From: an uncultured virus (IMG/VR IMGVR_UViG_3300042569_001792)
Lineage: Duplodnaviria; Heunggongvirae; Uroviricota; Caudoviricetes
Reading direction: 5' to 3' (one strand)
DNA: 20,000 nucleotides
IMG/VR virus record: IMGVR_UViG_3300042569_001792
Position 1 is the first letter of the stretch, and every line of letters begins with the position of its first letter. Below the pieces are notes generated by a model. It searched no databases. It saw only the letters and a program-made list of their open reading frames with translations, and was not told the origin of the DNA. Both the position numbers and the translations under genes were made by a program. Of the stretch, positions 1-8,238 are shown in pieces.

Positions 1-1
1 T

Positions 2-331
2 GGAAGTATAGCGCATTGGGTAAAAGACGTTGAAACAGAGGAGCTATTTAAATGCTCGTCGAACCATCACCAAGCAATTGACCAATTAGCTGATGGATTC
101 TTAATCACTGCGGTTGGATACCCTATTACTAATGACAATAAAAAGGGAGCTATACTTGATCCAAAGTCTAAGCAGCTAGAAATTGAAGGGATTCGCCACG
201 CAAATCTACCTATTAGAGCAGTTCAATTTCATCCAGAGAAGAATTTTAATGGAAAGTCTTGTATCAAGATTAATGACAAGTTTGTTGAGCCGCAAATACT
301 AGAACTTCTTAACTATCAAAAACCACAATGA
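2..331 (+). CDS. Class I glutamine amidotransferase / peptidase C26 (PuuD-like), 5'-truncated by the window edge
   Basis: Manual frame-2 translation gives ...CSSNHHQAIDQLADGF...LEIEGIRHANLPIRAVQFHPE..., with the HHQA and VQFHPE (catalytic His-x-Glu) motifs. Stop TGA at 329-331 overlaps the next ATG. Confidence 0.85.
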   Translation, partial: GSIAHWVKDVETEELFKCSSNHHQAIDQLADGFLITAVGYPITNDNKKGAILDPKSKQLEIEGIRHANLPIRAVQFHPEKNFNGKSCIKINDKFVEPQILELLNYQKPQ

Positions 332-912
332 GACCACCTTATTTAACATTTATTCATTATAAATATGATGACAACGAAGACTTTAAAAGAGTAACTTGTT
401 TTGCTGGCATGGATCTATCCTCACTAAAATCTGTTAGATTTTATATAGATGATTGTTTAGGTCGATCAGATGTAGATAAATATTTTGATTTTCTAAAATC
501 CGTATTTGATATTGAATTTGGATTTGTATTTAATACAGCCCCAAAAATCGTTAAGAACGGGAATATGGAAAATGTAGTAGATGTTTCTTTGGACTTATCT
601 TCATATAGTCGAGTACAGTGTCTAACTATACTAACATTACTAAGATATGTTCAGGAATTTCCCGAGATAGTGGAAAAAACAACAGAAAATGAGGCGAATT
701 GGGAATCTTTTAAAGATGGCCATAAACACTGGAATGAAATTAGAAAGGGTACGGAAACAAAAGTTAAGTACGATAATGCTTATGGACATGGAATAGCTTG
801 TACTGACTATACCAAAGGTCATTTCATGCAAGATAATTTCTGTTCATTAGAAAAGTTTAAATTAAACTTTAGTAAAGCTCTAACAGGGTATGTTAAAAAC
901 CTTTTCCAATAA
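328..912 (+). CDS. Hypothetical phage protein
   Basis: 194-aa ORF coupled to the GATase by an ATGA overlap; no recognised domain. Confidence 0.75.
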   Translation: MRPPYLTFIHYKYDDNEDFKRVTCFAGMDLSSLKSVRFYIDDCLGRSDVDKYFDFLKSVFDIEFGFVFNTAPKIVKNGNMENVVDVSLDLSSYSRVQCLTILTLLRYVQEFPEIVEKTTENEANWESFKDGHKHWNEIRKGTETKVKYDNAYGHGIACTDYTKGHFMQDNFCSLEKFKLNFSKALTGYVKNLFQ

Positions 913-919
913 AAAACTC

Positions 920-947
920 TTGACTTCTTTAAAAACTGTGCTATAAT
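920..947 (+). promoter_or_regulatory. Sigma70-type promoter with extended -10
   Basis: TTGACT (920-925), 16 nt, TATAAT (942-947), with TG at 939-940; intergenic. Confidence 0.85.
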
Positions 948-995
948 TACAAATCGAAACAATCCACAACAAACCAACAATAGAAAAACAAAAAT

Positions 996-1325
996 ATGAA
1001 TAAGACACTAACTACAAAAATCATCAATAAAAACGGTAAGCGGCTTGGATTTATGGTCGCTACAAAAAACGAGAATAATGAAGTCCTGCTTGGATTTTCG
1101 CTATGCTGCAAGAAAGATAAGTTTAATTATGATCGCGGTCTTCATATCGCTACAAACCGCTCTTTCAAGGGAGTAACAAAATTCCCTCATAGTCTAAAGA
1201 GTAAGGTGGCTAATTTCCATGGTCGTTGTGTTAAGTATTTTAAGGATGCTGCGGTGCCATCTATGGAAATGTTTACATTTGTAAATACGAAGGAAGAAAA
1301 CGAAGAAGAAAAACAAGGCGAATGA
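996..1325 (+). CDS. Hypothetical phage protein
   Basis: 109-aa ORF after a promoter and an A-rich leader; contains GFSLCCKKDKFNYDRGLHIATNR, which resembles a motif seen in small phage proteins; function unknown. Confidence 0.75.
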   Translation: MNKTLTTKIINKNGKRLGFMVATKNENNEVLLGFSLCCKKDKFNYDRGLHIATNRSFKGVTKFPHSLKSKVANFHGRCVKYFKDAAVPSMEMFTFVNTKEENEEEKQGE

Positions 1326-1726
1326 AATTAAATATCTCTGTCGAGGATCGACTTACTGCGGGCATAATCCTATTCGGCCCGGAAGTTAAGCCTATAATGG
1401 ATAACGAATTTGATATTAAAGGCTCCTACGCTTTTATTAGAAATAACCAGTTATTTATCATTGGTATGCACGTTCGTCCGTATAAAATGACGGATGGATT
1501 CAGTAAAGTCGATCCTCGCAGGGATCGTAACTTAAAAGTTACAAAATCCGAACTAAGATTCTTAAAAGAGAAACATAAGAAAGGTTTCTCGATTATTCCA
1601 GAATCTGTGGAATATATTAAAGGCAAGTTTAGAGTGATTCTAGCTATTGGCAAACCATTGAAAAAATGGGATAAAAGATCAAAGGAAAAGGAAAGAGAAT
1701 CCGAAAAAGAAATGAAGGAGTATTAA
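1322..1726 (+). CDS. smpB: SsrA-binding protein SmpB (divergent, shortened)
   Basis: AGIILFGPEVKPI matches AGxxLxGxEVKS; also SYAFI, MHVRPY, DPRRDRNL (DPxRxRKL), KGFSIIP and KKWDKR (KKxxDKR). A tmRNA lies 1.9 kb downstream. Confidence 0.92.
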   Translation: MKLNISVEDRLTAGIILFGPEVKPIMDNEFDIKGSYAFIRNNQLFIIGMHVRPYKMTDGFSKVDPRRDRNLKVTKSELRFLKEKHKKGFSIIPESVEYIKGKFRVILAIGKPLKKWDKRSKEKERESEKEMKEY

Positions 1727-1728
1727 TT

Positions 1729-2484
1729 ATGGTATATTTTTTTCAAGTTGATAAGGACGGTGATGTTTTAAATTGGGATGATGTTGAATGGGATGATTGT
1801 GATGATTCAGATCATCTAAAAGAAGATAGTTGTAGAGCTAGAAGGCACCAACTTATCTTTAGATATATGAATTCTAATAGTAAGAAACTTATAAAGACCA
1901 AAACAGTCTTGGGTATAACAACTAATAGCTCAGAAGCGGATATTAAAAGATGTGTCAAAATTCTTAATGAGTTAGAGGAGAAAGTTGGTTTAAGTAAAAC
2001 AACTTATAAAAAGTCTGCAATAAGCAATAAACAGTTTGTAGTTAAAGGCGAGGTCTGGAAAAGATATATCTTTACTGGAAGTAAATTATGGAGTATTGCG
2101 CCGCCAACTCATAGCCTTTATACGTTACTAATTAGATTGTTGGTCGATGGTGGTGAAAAAATGCCAGCTAATTTTAAGATAGGGGTATCAGAATTACTAT
2201 ATGATTTTCGTTTTTTGACTGACCACTGTGAATATAACAAGATCTATAATGAAATTATCCCCTTCACCTCTAGTATTGGAGAAATATTCGGGTCTAGTAT
2301 AACTAGAAATTACAAGATAAATATTAATAATTTGAATGATGAGGATATCTATAATTTTGAATGGGATATTCATAATTTTGGAATTCAATCATTTTTGTAT
2401 GAGTATTACCCAGACGACAATGAGAAATTCACAAAAAAAGCAAAAAAATGGTTCTCTAAATATAAACAAATAATAAAACAATAA
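1729..2484 (+). CDS. Hypothetical protein, paralog A1
   Basis: 251-aa ORF sharing CRARRH, W.IAPP.HSLYTLLIRLL and IHNFGI blocks with 2486..3211. Confidence 0.8.
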   Translation: MVYFFQVDKDGDVLNWDDVEWDDCDDSDHLKEDSCRARRHQLIFRYMNSNSKKLIKTKTVLGITTNSSEADIKRCVKILNELEEKVGLSKTTYKKSAISNKQFVVKGEVWKRYIFTGSKLWSIAPPTHSLYTLLIRLLVDGGEKMPANFKIGVSELLYDFRFLTDHCEYNKIYNEIIPFTSSIGEIFGSSITRNYKININNLNDEDIYNFEWDIHNFGIQSFLYEYYPDDNEKFTKKAKKWFSKYKQIIKQ

Positions 2485-2485
2485 C

Positions 2486-3211
2486 ATGGACACTTACTTT
2501 TACTACTTTACAATTGACAAAGATAACGGAATTCTGCCTTTTTACTACAGTGATAAAGAATACCCAGGCTTAAATAAAAATACCTGCCGGGCAAGGCGGC
2601 ATGAAATTTACCATTACTATTTCAAAAATGATATTAAAGATGTATCAATTAAAGATACTCTGGTTGGTATTGGAACGCCAAGTGTGAATTTAGAAAATGT
2701 GATTTCCAATCTACATAGATTTGAAGATATCGTTGGAATAAGGAGATCTAAAATTGAAAAATTTGAAAATGGTGGCTCCCCACTTACTCCAGATTGTGTT
2801 CAATATAAAGTTACGGGTAGCTATTGGTGGGGAATTGCCCCGCCGATTCATAGTCTTTATACTTTGCTAATTAGACTTTTAGTTAGGATTGAACAAAATA
2901 TTTCAGGTAAGGTATTTAATATTGGTGAAGACGATCTTGATTTTATTATTACAAATGATAAAGCGGAGTATGATAGAATTAAATCGCGTATCCTACCATT
3001 AATGAAAAACGTAAAAAAGATCTTTCCTAAAAATAAGAAAGAGAATTATGTTTATTCAACTAACGAAAGTGCCCAAGGTAACATACATAATTTTGGTATA
3101 GAAATTTTTATGAGAGATAGTCCTCCTGCATATTTCTTAAAGGAGGAAAGAGATAAAATAAAGGAATTACAAGATAAATTTAAAGAAGTTCTTGACTTTC
3201 ATCAGAAGTGA
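2486..3211 (+). CDS. Hypothetical protein, paralog A2
   Basis: 241-aa ORF; tandem paralog of 1729..2484. Confidence 0.8.
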   Translation: MDTYFYYFTIDKDNGILPFYYSDKEYPGLNKNTCRARRHEIYHYYFKNDIKDVSIKDTLVGIGTPSVNLENVISNLHRFEDIVGIRRSKIEKFENGGSPLTPDCVQYKVTGSYWWGIAPPIHSLYTLLIRLLVRIEQNISGKVFNIGEDDLDFIITNDKAEYDRIKSRILPLMKNVKKIFPKNKKENYVYSTNESAQGNIHNFGIEIFMRDSPPAYFLKEERDKIKELQDKFKEVLDFHQK

Positions 3212-3219
3212 TGTATAGT
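3192..3219 (+). promoter_or_regulatory. Sigma70-type promoter, probably leaderless
   Basis: TTGACT (3192-3197), 16 nt, TATAGT (3214-3219); ATG at 3225. Confidence 0.7.
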
Positions 3220-3224
3220 ACAAC

Positions 3225-3587
3225 ATGTCAAGAAAAGATCATCTACAGAAACTAATTTCGTGGGCCAAACATCATAAAGAGTTTTTGCAAATGAGACGGC
3301 AGTTTCATGTTGCCGCAATTTATAAAAGAAATAAACTAATATCTATTGCGACGAATAGTTTGAAAAGTCACCCATTAATGGCTGGATTTTATCCAGACTA
3401 TCCAGGAATGGGATTGCACGCAGAACTTGCGGCGATTATTCAAGCTGGAATTGACGGCGACTTCACGAAAAAAAGTCTTTATGTGATTAGAATTGACAAT
3501 AATGGAAATCTGGCTAATAGTAAACCGTGTATATATTGCCAGAGATTGATAGATAAACTAAAATTCAAAAGTGTAGAACACTCATAA
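3225..3587 (+). CDS. Zn-dependent cytidine/dCMP-deaminase-fold protein
   Basis: HAELAAI (HxE) and SKPCIYC (PCxxC) zinc motifs. Confidence 0.85.
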   Translation: MSRKDHLQKLISWAKHHKEFLQMRRQFHVAAIYKRNKLISIATNSLKSHPLMAGFYPDYPGMGLHAELAAIIQAGIDGDFTKKSLYVIRIDNNGNLANSKPCIYCQRLIDKLKFKSVEHS

Positions 3588-3596
3588 ATTTAACAC

Positions 3597-3973
3597 GGGG
3601 GTGAATGGACAGATAATAAATACATACAAATAAGAACGCAAGCAGTGGATGATTCGTTGGCCACTTAAAAAATCGAATCAAAAAAGAAAAGACGAAACAA
3701 ACATTGATAGTCTTATGGCACAGGCTGAAGCGATCTTCGCTAATCCAGATGCCTATCTCGCCGAAAGCGAGGTTTCCGCTAAAACCGAGGCTTACGCTTT
3801 AGTTTGAGTGAAATAAATCTAAAGAAATTTCTCTTTATACTTTAGATTATTTAAAAGAGAACCCGCCTAGAAATAGGATATTCAGACATGAAGAAAAAAA
3901 TGTAAACGCTTGTAATTCGGTCTTATAGTTTTGTTTATTAAAAGGGGGGTTCGATTCCTCCCCACCTCCACCA
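3597..3973 (+). ncRNA. ssrA: tmRNA (one-piece, 377 nt)
   Basis: 5' GGGGGTG pairs with CACCTCC-A-CCA (3963-3973) with the G3:U70 Ala determinant. T-arm contains GTTCGATTC. Helix 2 pairings are 3614-3621/3933-3940, 3630-3635/3921-3926 and 3638-3643/3908-3913. pk1 pairs 3644-3648/3661-3665 and 3650-3656/3674-3680. The tag frame ends AYALV-TGA at 3807. Confidence 0.95.
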
Positions 3974-3987
3974 ATTTCAAAAACAGC

Positions 3988-4015
3988 TTGACTTTCTGTA
4001 AAGCTGTGGTATAAT
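3988..4015 (+). promoter_or_regulatory. Sigma70-type promoter with extended -10, leaderless
   Basis: TTGACT (3988-3993), 16 nt, TATAAT (4010-4015) preceded by TGn; ATG at 4022. Confidence 0.85.
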
Positions 4016-4021
4016 ACAAAC

Positions 4022-4912
4022 ATGCACAAATTATCTCTCTGTTGTATCCATAATGGTCTGTCCAAACAAGGCCACTCATTTAAGACAATGACCTTTAAAA
4101 AGTTTGCTTCTATGAATAGAAGTATGGCTATTAAAGAATTATCGTCTATTTATCTAAATAATCTTTCTGTAACTTGGCGGATTATTAATGAGTGTGTCGC
4201 TAATGGTTGGCATTATAGGGTAAGTAGTTCATTATTTCCATTACTTACATTTCCAGAGGCAAGTATTTGTCTTGAAGATATGCCCGGCTTTAATCAGATT
4301 CTAGTTCAATTAGAAAGAATTAGAAATACAGTAGTTAGCTCTGGCATTAAACTATCCTCTCATCCAGATCAATTTAATGTTTTAGCCTCTTTTAATCCTA
4401 AAGTAGTTAAAGCTACAGTTGATGAGCTTAGTTTCCATGGGTGGCTACTGACTATGATGGGCGGTGAATCGAACTATTCCTGCCCAATTAATATTCACAT
4501 GAATACATATAAAGGCGACCTAAAGGATATCGCCCGTAGTTTCAGAGATAATTTCAATCTACTTGACGATAGTGTCAAAAGTCGTTTAGTTCTCGAGAAC
4601 GAAGACAAACCTAATTCTTGGTCAACTAAAGAGCTTATTGACTGTCACGATATTCTAAAAGTGCCAATTACATTCGATAATCTACATTGGCAACTTAATC
4701 AAAAAGGTATGTCCGAGGAAGATGCCTTTCATTCTTCTTATCAAACTTGGGATACAGTTCCAAGATTTCACTTTAGCGGCAGCGAGGGTAAATTAAATCC
4801 TCGGGCGCACGCAGATATGCCAAGTAATACTCCAAATAATTTTGGGCGTGATGTTATATGGGATGTAGAATTTAAAGCTAAGGAACTTGCACTTAAATGG
4901 ATTCAAAAGTAA
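4022..4912 (+). CDS. uvsE: UV DNA damage endonuclease UvsE (UVDE)
   Basis: YRVSSSLFP, LSSHPDQFNVLAS, INIH, RLVLENEDK, VPITFDNLH, PRFHFS, AHAD and DVEFKAKELAL are the characteristic UvdE motifs. Confidence 0.95.
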   Translation: MHKLSLCCIHNGLSKQGHSFKTMTFKKFASMNRSMAIKELSSIYLNNLSVTWRIINECVANGWHYRVSSSLFPLLTFPEASICLEDMPGFNQILVQLERIRNTVVSSGIKLSSHPDQFNVLASFNPKVVKATVDELSFHGWLLTMMGGESNYSCPINIHMNTYKGDLKDIARSFRDNFNLLDDSVKSRLVLENEDKPNSWSTKELIDCHDILKVPITFDNLHWQLNQKGMSEEDAFHSSYQTWDTVPRFHFSGSEGKLNPRAHADMPSNTPNNFGRDVIWDVEFKAKELALKWIQK

Positions 4913-5340
4913 ATATAAAAGGGGGGGAGATTTTGTATAATCCACATTCTAATTTATTTTCTATGTATATAGAAAAAATGAATGGGTTTTATAGAATGAT
5001 ATCATTATTTGATAAGCAAGATGAAAATTCTCTTCATTTAGAAATAAATCACCAATACACTATCAGTAAATATCTCTTTGATGATCTATTAACTCTAAGT
5101 GAGATTAAAATTCCAAAGAATATTTATCTCTCCAATCATGCAGATAAGGGGATTTATCTTGGATTTAATAAGAATACAAACAATGCTTATTTAATAGCGA
5201 TTAGTTGTCCGGGAAGCCCACACCAATTAAATTATACAGTAAATCTTTTTGATAGATACATATTACATATAAGTAGTAGAAATTTAATTTCTGATTATTA
5301 TCAAATTGCGCCAAAGAAATTCAAATATAAAATAAAATGA
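4897..5340 (+). CDS. Hypothetical protein, putative paralog family B
   Basis: 147-aa ORF overlapping the uvsE end; C-terminus YQIAPKKFKYKIK resembles those of 5542 and 5940. Confidence 0.7.
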   Translation: MDSKVNIKGGEILYNPHSNLFSMYIEKMNGFYRMISLFDKQDENSLHLEINHQYTISKYLFDDLLTLSEIKIPKNIYLSNHADKGIYLGFNKNTNNAYLIAISCPGSPHQLNYTVNLFDRYILHISSRNLISDYYQIAPKKFKYKIK

Positions 5341-5540
5341 CCTTCAAAAGATTAAAAAGATTGTTGACAAGTGCTAAAATATGTGCTATGATACCAGTAG
5401 ACAAAGCACCGAAGGAAATAAAAGAACTTTATCCAGAATCTAAAGGATTTATTATCTGCCCAGTCGGTGAAGAGATAGATGAAGCGTTTAAGAAAGAATC
5501 AACCGTTCTGGATGGATTAGCAATATGGGGAGCAAAGTAA
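5337..5540 (+). CDS. Small hypothetical protein, start uncertain
   Basis: 67-aa ORF with an ATGA overlap; a promoter-like sequence lies within its 5' part. Confidence 0.5.
   Translation: MTFKRLKRLLTSAKICAMIPVDKAPKEIKELYPESKGFIICPVGEEIDEAFKKESTVLDGLAIWGAK
5364..5392 (+). promoter_or_regulatory. Possible internal sigma70 promoter
   Basis: TTGACA (5364-5369), 17 nt, TATGAT (5387-5392) preceded by TGn; lies inside an ORF. Confidence 0.5.
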
Positions 5541-5541
5541 A

Positions 5542-5943
5542 ATGAGATTAATCAAAAAAAAGGGTAGTGTCTATCTCATAGATTGTCTTGAGTATGGATT
5601 AAATATAAGTAAACATACCTTAGTTTTAAAACAAGGTAAAGACGGTTTATTTAGATTAGTTTTATTTAGTCGCAAACAATATGAAGATGTAGAATATGTC
5701 CCAGAATTGATAATATCAAACGATCAATGTGCAAATTTTAGGATTTGCTATAGTATCCACGGAAGCGTTCTTCTTATATTTAAAAGTCCAGAAGGAGAAT
5801 TGAAAAGTATAACTTTTTTTGAATGTAAAAGTTACACAAAAGAAGACCACCATTTAATTGTGAATAAATTGATGGATACTAATGCAATGACAGTTGCGCC
5901 AAATAAATTAAAGGTGAGGATACCAATACAAAATAACCTATGA
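5542..5943 (+). CDS. Hypothetical protein, putative paralog family B
   Basis: 133-aa ORF; C-terminus MTVAPNKLKVRI. Confidence 0.7.
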   Translation: MRLIKKKGSVYLIDCLEYGLNISKHTLVLKQGKDGLFRLVLFSRKQYEDVEYVPELIISNDQCANFRICYSIHGSVLLIFKSPEGELKSITFFECKSYTKEDHHLIVNKLMDTNAMTVAPNKLKVRIPIQNNL

Positions 5944-6398
5944 TTGATAAAATTAAAATTGGAGATATGTTTACATATTCTGATTTGAAAAATATATACA
6001 TGATTACTCACTTAGATTTAATATCTAAGAATATACAGGCAATGTATATAGGACATTCAGAAAAAGGTAAATATACATTAAAGAGCATACCTTATGTTAT
6101 GAGTCCAGTTGCGGCAATGATTTTTTGCAAAAAAGGAGAAGTTGAAATGGAAATAACTCAGGCCGAAAGAGAATCACAGTATGAAATACCACATATTTTG
6201 GATAAAAGATACCCCAAAATAGTATTCTATAAATTTAATGGAGATCCATTTCTAATGGTAAAAAATGCTCATCAAGGAAGCCGAATGTATAATATGATTT
6301 CATTATCAAATCCAGGAAATAATTTCATCTTGCCGGAGTCTCGAATGAACGACTATGAACTAGCACCATGTAACACAACATTAAAAATAAAAAGCTAA
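5940..6398 (+). CDS. Hypothetical protein, putative paralog family B
   Basis: 152-aa ORF; N-terminus IKIGDMF, C-terminus YELAPCNTTLKIKS. Confidence 0.7.
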   Translation: MIDKIKIGDMFTYSDLKNIYMITHLDLISKNIQAMYIGHSEKGKYTLKSIPYVMSPVAAMIFCKKGEVEMEITQAERESQYEIPHILDKRYPKIVFYKFNGDPFLMVKNAHQGSRMYNMISLSNPGNNFILPESRMNDYELAPCNTTLKIKS

Positions 6399-6404
6399 TA
6401 TACT

Positions 6405-6629
6405 ATGTACCAACCACCCACACCAGATAATCTAATACAACAACGGACAAATATTGACAAAGAAAGTCGCATAATAATCTGGCTTACTGGATGCCTATAT
6501 AAAAATCAAAAAGTGCGGACAACAAGTAAAAAGATAGCCGAGCTTTTTAACAAAAGGGGCTGGGATATTGAGGAACTAGGCGAAGAAGGTTATAATATAA
6601 AATATCCAGCAAAGTTTAATTTGGATTGA
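6405..6629 (+). CDS. Small hypothetical protein
   Basis: 74-aa ORF tightly packed between neighbours. Confidence 0.6.
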   Translation: MYQPPTPDNLIQQRTNIDKESRIIIWLTGCLYKNQKVRTTSKKIAELFNKRGWDIEELGEEGYNIKYPAKFNLD

Positions 6630-6630
6630 T

Positions 6631-7146
6631 ATGAAAAAACACGAAGACTATATCACCCATATTTCAAATAAAGAAGACGCTCCATATTTATATGGGAAGC
6701 ATTTTCCCGTAAATATGCGTTTATTCAAAACATCGCCAGAATACAAAGCAATTATTCTGAGTATGTGTTCTTATATTAGAGAGCTTTGCCTAGATGTTAA
6801 AGAGGGGTATAAAAAACCCCATGGAATGAGTTCAGCAAATGCTGGATTAGCATTTAATATCATCGGTATCACAAGAAATAGAAATTCTAAACAAGAATAT
6901 TGTGAAATAATGATAAATCCAGAAATTCTTGATTGCTCTAAAGATATGGTAGAATCTATGAGTAATTGTGGAAGTATTAATTTAGAAAAGCCTATTAAGA
7001 TAAAAAGATATTCAGAAGTTAAAGTGGGATATTTCAATGAAAACGGAGAATATCTTTGCAAGATATTTGATAGGGAGAATGGCTCTCTTACTATTCAACA
7101 TGAAATAGATCATAATTTAGGAATACTGATAACTGATAGAGTTTAA
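6631..7146 (+). CDS. def: Peptide deformylase (divergent)
   Basis: IMINPEIL, IKRYSEVKVGY and the metal motif IQHEIDHNLGILITDR. Motifs 1 and 2 are degenerate (HGMSSAN; SNCGS). Confidence 0.88.
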   Translation: MKKHEDYITHISNKEDAPYLYGKHFPVNMRLFKTSPEYKAIILSMCSYIRELCLDVKEGYKKPHGMSSANAGLAFNIIGITRNRNSKQEYCEIMINPEILDCSKDMVESMSNCGSINLEKPIKIKRYSEVKVGYFNENGEYLCKIFDRENGSLTIQHEIDHNLGILITDRV

Positions 7147-7171
7147 AAATAAAATTAGTTAAAAAAAGAAC

Positions 7172-7199
7172 TTGCACTCCTCTCGTTCTGTAGTAATGT
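7172..7199 (+). promoter_or_regulatory. Sigma70-type promoter, probably leaderless
   Basis: TTGCAC (7172-7177), 16 nt, TAATGT (7194-7199); ATG at 7206; same geometry as the other promoters. Confidence 0.55.
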
Positions 7200-7205
7200 A
7201 CTCAC

Positions 7206-8195
7206 ATGACAAAGTATCATCAAGCATTCAATTCAGTAGTTGGTCAAGACGAAGCTAAACAATTACTATCTCTCTCCATTCAGTCGGGCGTAAATAATGG
7301 GCGGATGTTGTCGCCTCTTATTGAGGCACCAGCAGGAGTCGGTAAAACAAAAATTTCAGACGCTTATATTCAAGCATTAGCGGATGAAGGTATTCCCACT
7401 CTACGTTATTCTTCCCCGGAAGAATTCAGATCAGAGGGCGAGGCTTATGACCAATTTGTTCATACTATCTGTAACGAAGAAAAATACGCTATCTTTATTG
7501 ATGAAATCCACCTGATTGATAATCGTAAAACAGTCAGAATGGAAAGAATTAAGGCTTTTCTTATGAAAGCTTTAGATAAAGAAAACAATGGTAAGCCAAT
7601 CCGATTCGATGAAGACAATATTGTCTATTTTGATAGGAGTCGCGGAAGTATCGTTCTTGCAACTAACTTTCCGCATAAATTGGATTCAAGCGGAGCGTTT
7701 CAAAGTCGCTGCGATTCAATTAGGCTAAAAACCTATTCAGAAGATGAATTGATTGATATTTTGCAACAAATGCTTGCAGATTCTGGAATGCACCCAGCTA
7801 ATCCAGAAACTTTAAGGGCTATTGCTCAAACTGGAAGAGGAACAGCAAGGCCAATGAAAAATATCATTGACCAAATTGGTCTTCAATTCCAAGCGCAGGG
7901 AATCGAAAAGAAAACAATCAATAAAAAAGATGTTTTCCAGGCACTAAAGATGTGCCGAATTTATCCAATGGGTATAACCCCTAATGAACTATTGATTATG
8001 GATTTCTGTAAAACTCCATATAAGGATAATGTAGTTACGGCGCGGTTTCCTCATTTCGATACGCAAACTTTTAGAAACTCTAAGAGTTATCTATTGTCCC
8101 TTGGTTTTATTGAGCAATCTAGTTCTGGGGTAAAGGTTACAAATAACGGTCTTCTATATATGAAGAAATTGAAAGAAATTAAACTTTTGGATTGA
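7206..8195 (+). CDS. ruvB: RuvB-like AAA+ ATPase (Holliday junction branch-migration family)
   Basis: VVGQDEAKQLL, Walker A APAGVGKT, Walker B IFIDEIH, VLATN (sensor 1), SRC (Arg finger), RGTAR (sensor 2) and a C-terminal wHTH-like region ending in VKVTNNG. Confidence 0.8.
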   Translation: MTKYHQAFNSVVGQDEAKQLLSLSIQSGVNNGRMLSPLIEAPAGVGKTKISDAYIQALADEGIPTLRYSSPEEFRSEGEAYDQFVHTICNEEKYAIFIDEIHLIDNRKTVRMERIKAFLMKALDKENNGKPIRFDEDNIVYFDRSRGSIVLATNFPHKLDSSGAFQSRCDSIRLKTYSEDELIDILQQMLADSGMHPANPETLRAIAQTGRGTARPMKNIIDQIGLQFQAQGIEKKTINKKDVFQALKMCRIYPMGITPNELLIMDFCKTPYKDNVVTARFPHFDTQTFRNSKSYLLSLGFIEQSSSGVKVTNNGLLYMKKLKEIKLLD

Positions 8196-8219
8196 CATTT
8201 CAAAAATCTAAGCTATACT
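8192..8219 (+). promoter_or_regulatory. Sigma70-type promoter
   Basis: TTGACA (8192-8197), 16 nt, TATACT (8214-8219). Confidence 0.8.
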
Positions 8220-8238
8220 ATCTACACAAACAAACAAT

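Noticed and set aside
6454..6480. TTGACA inside ORF 6405..6629 as a promoter
   Set aside because: No acceptable -10 hexamer at 16-17 nt spacing.
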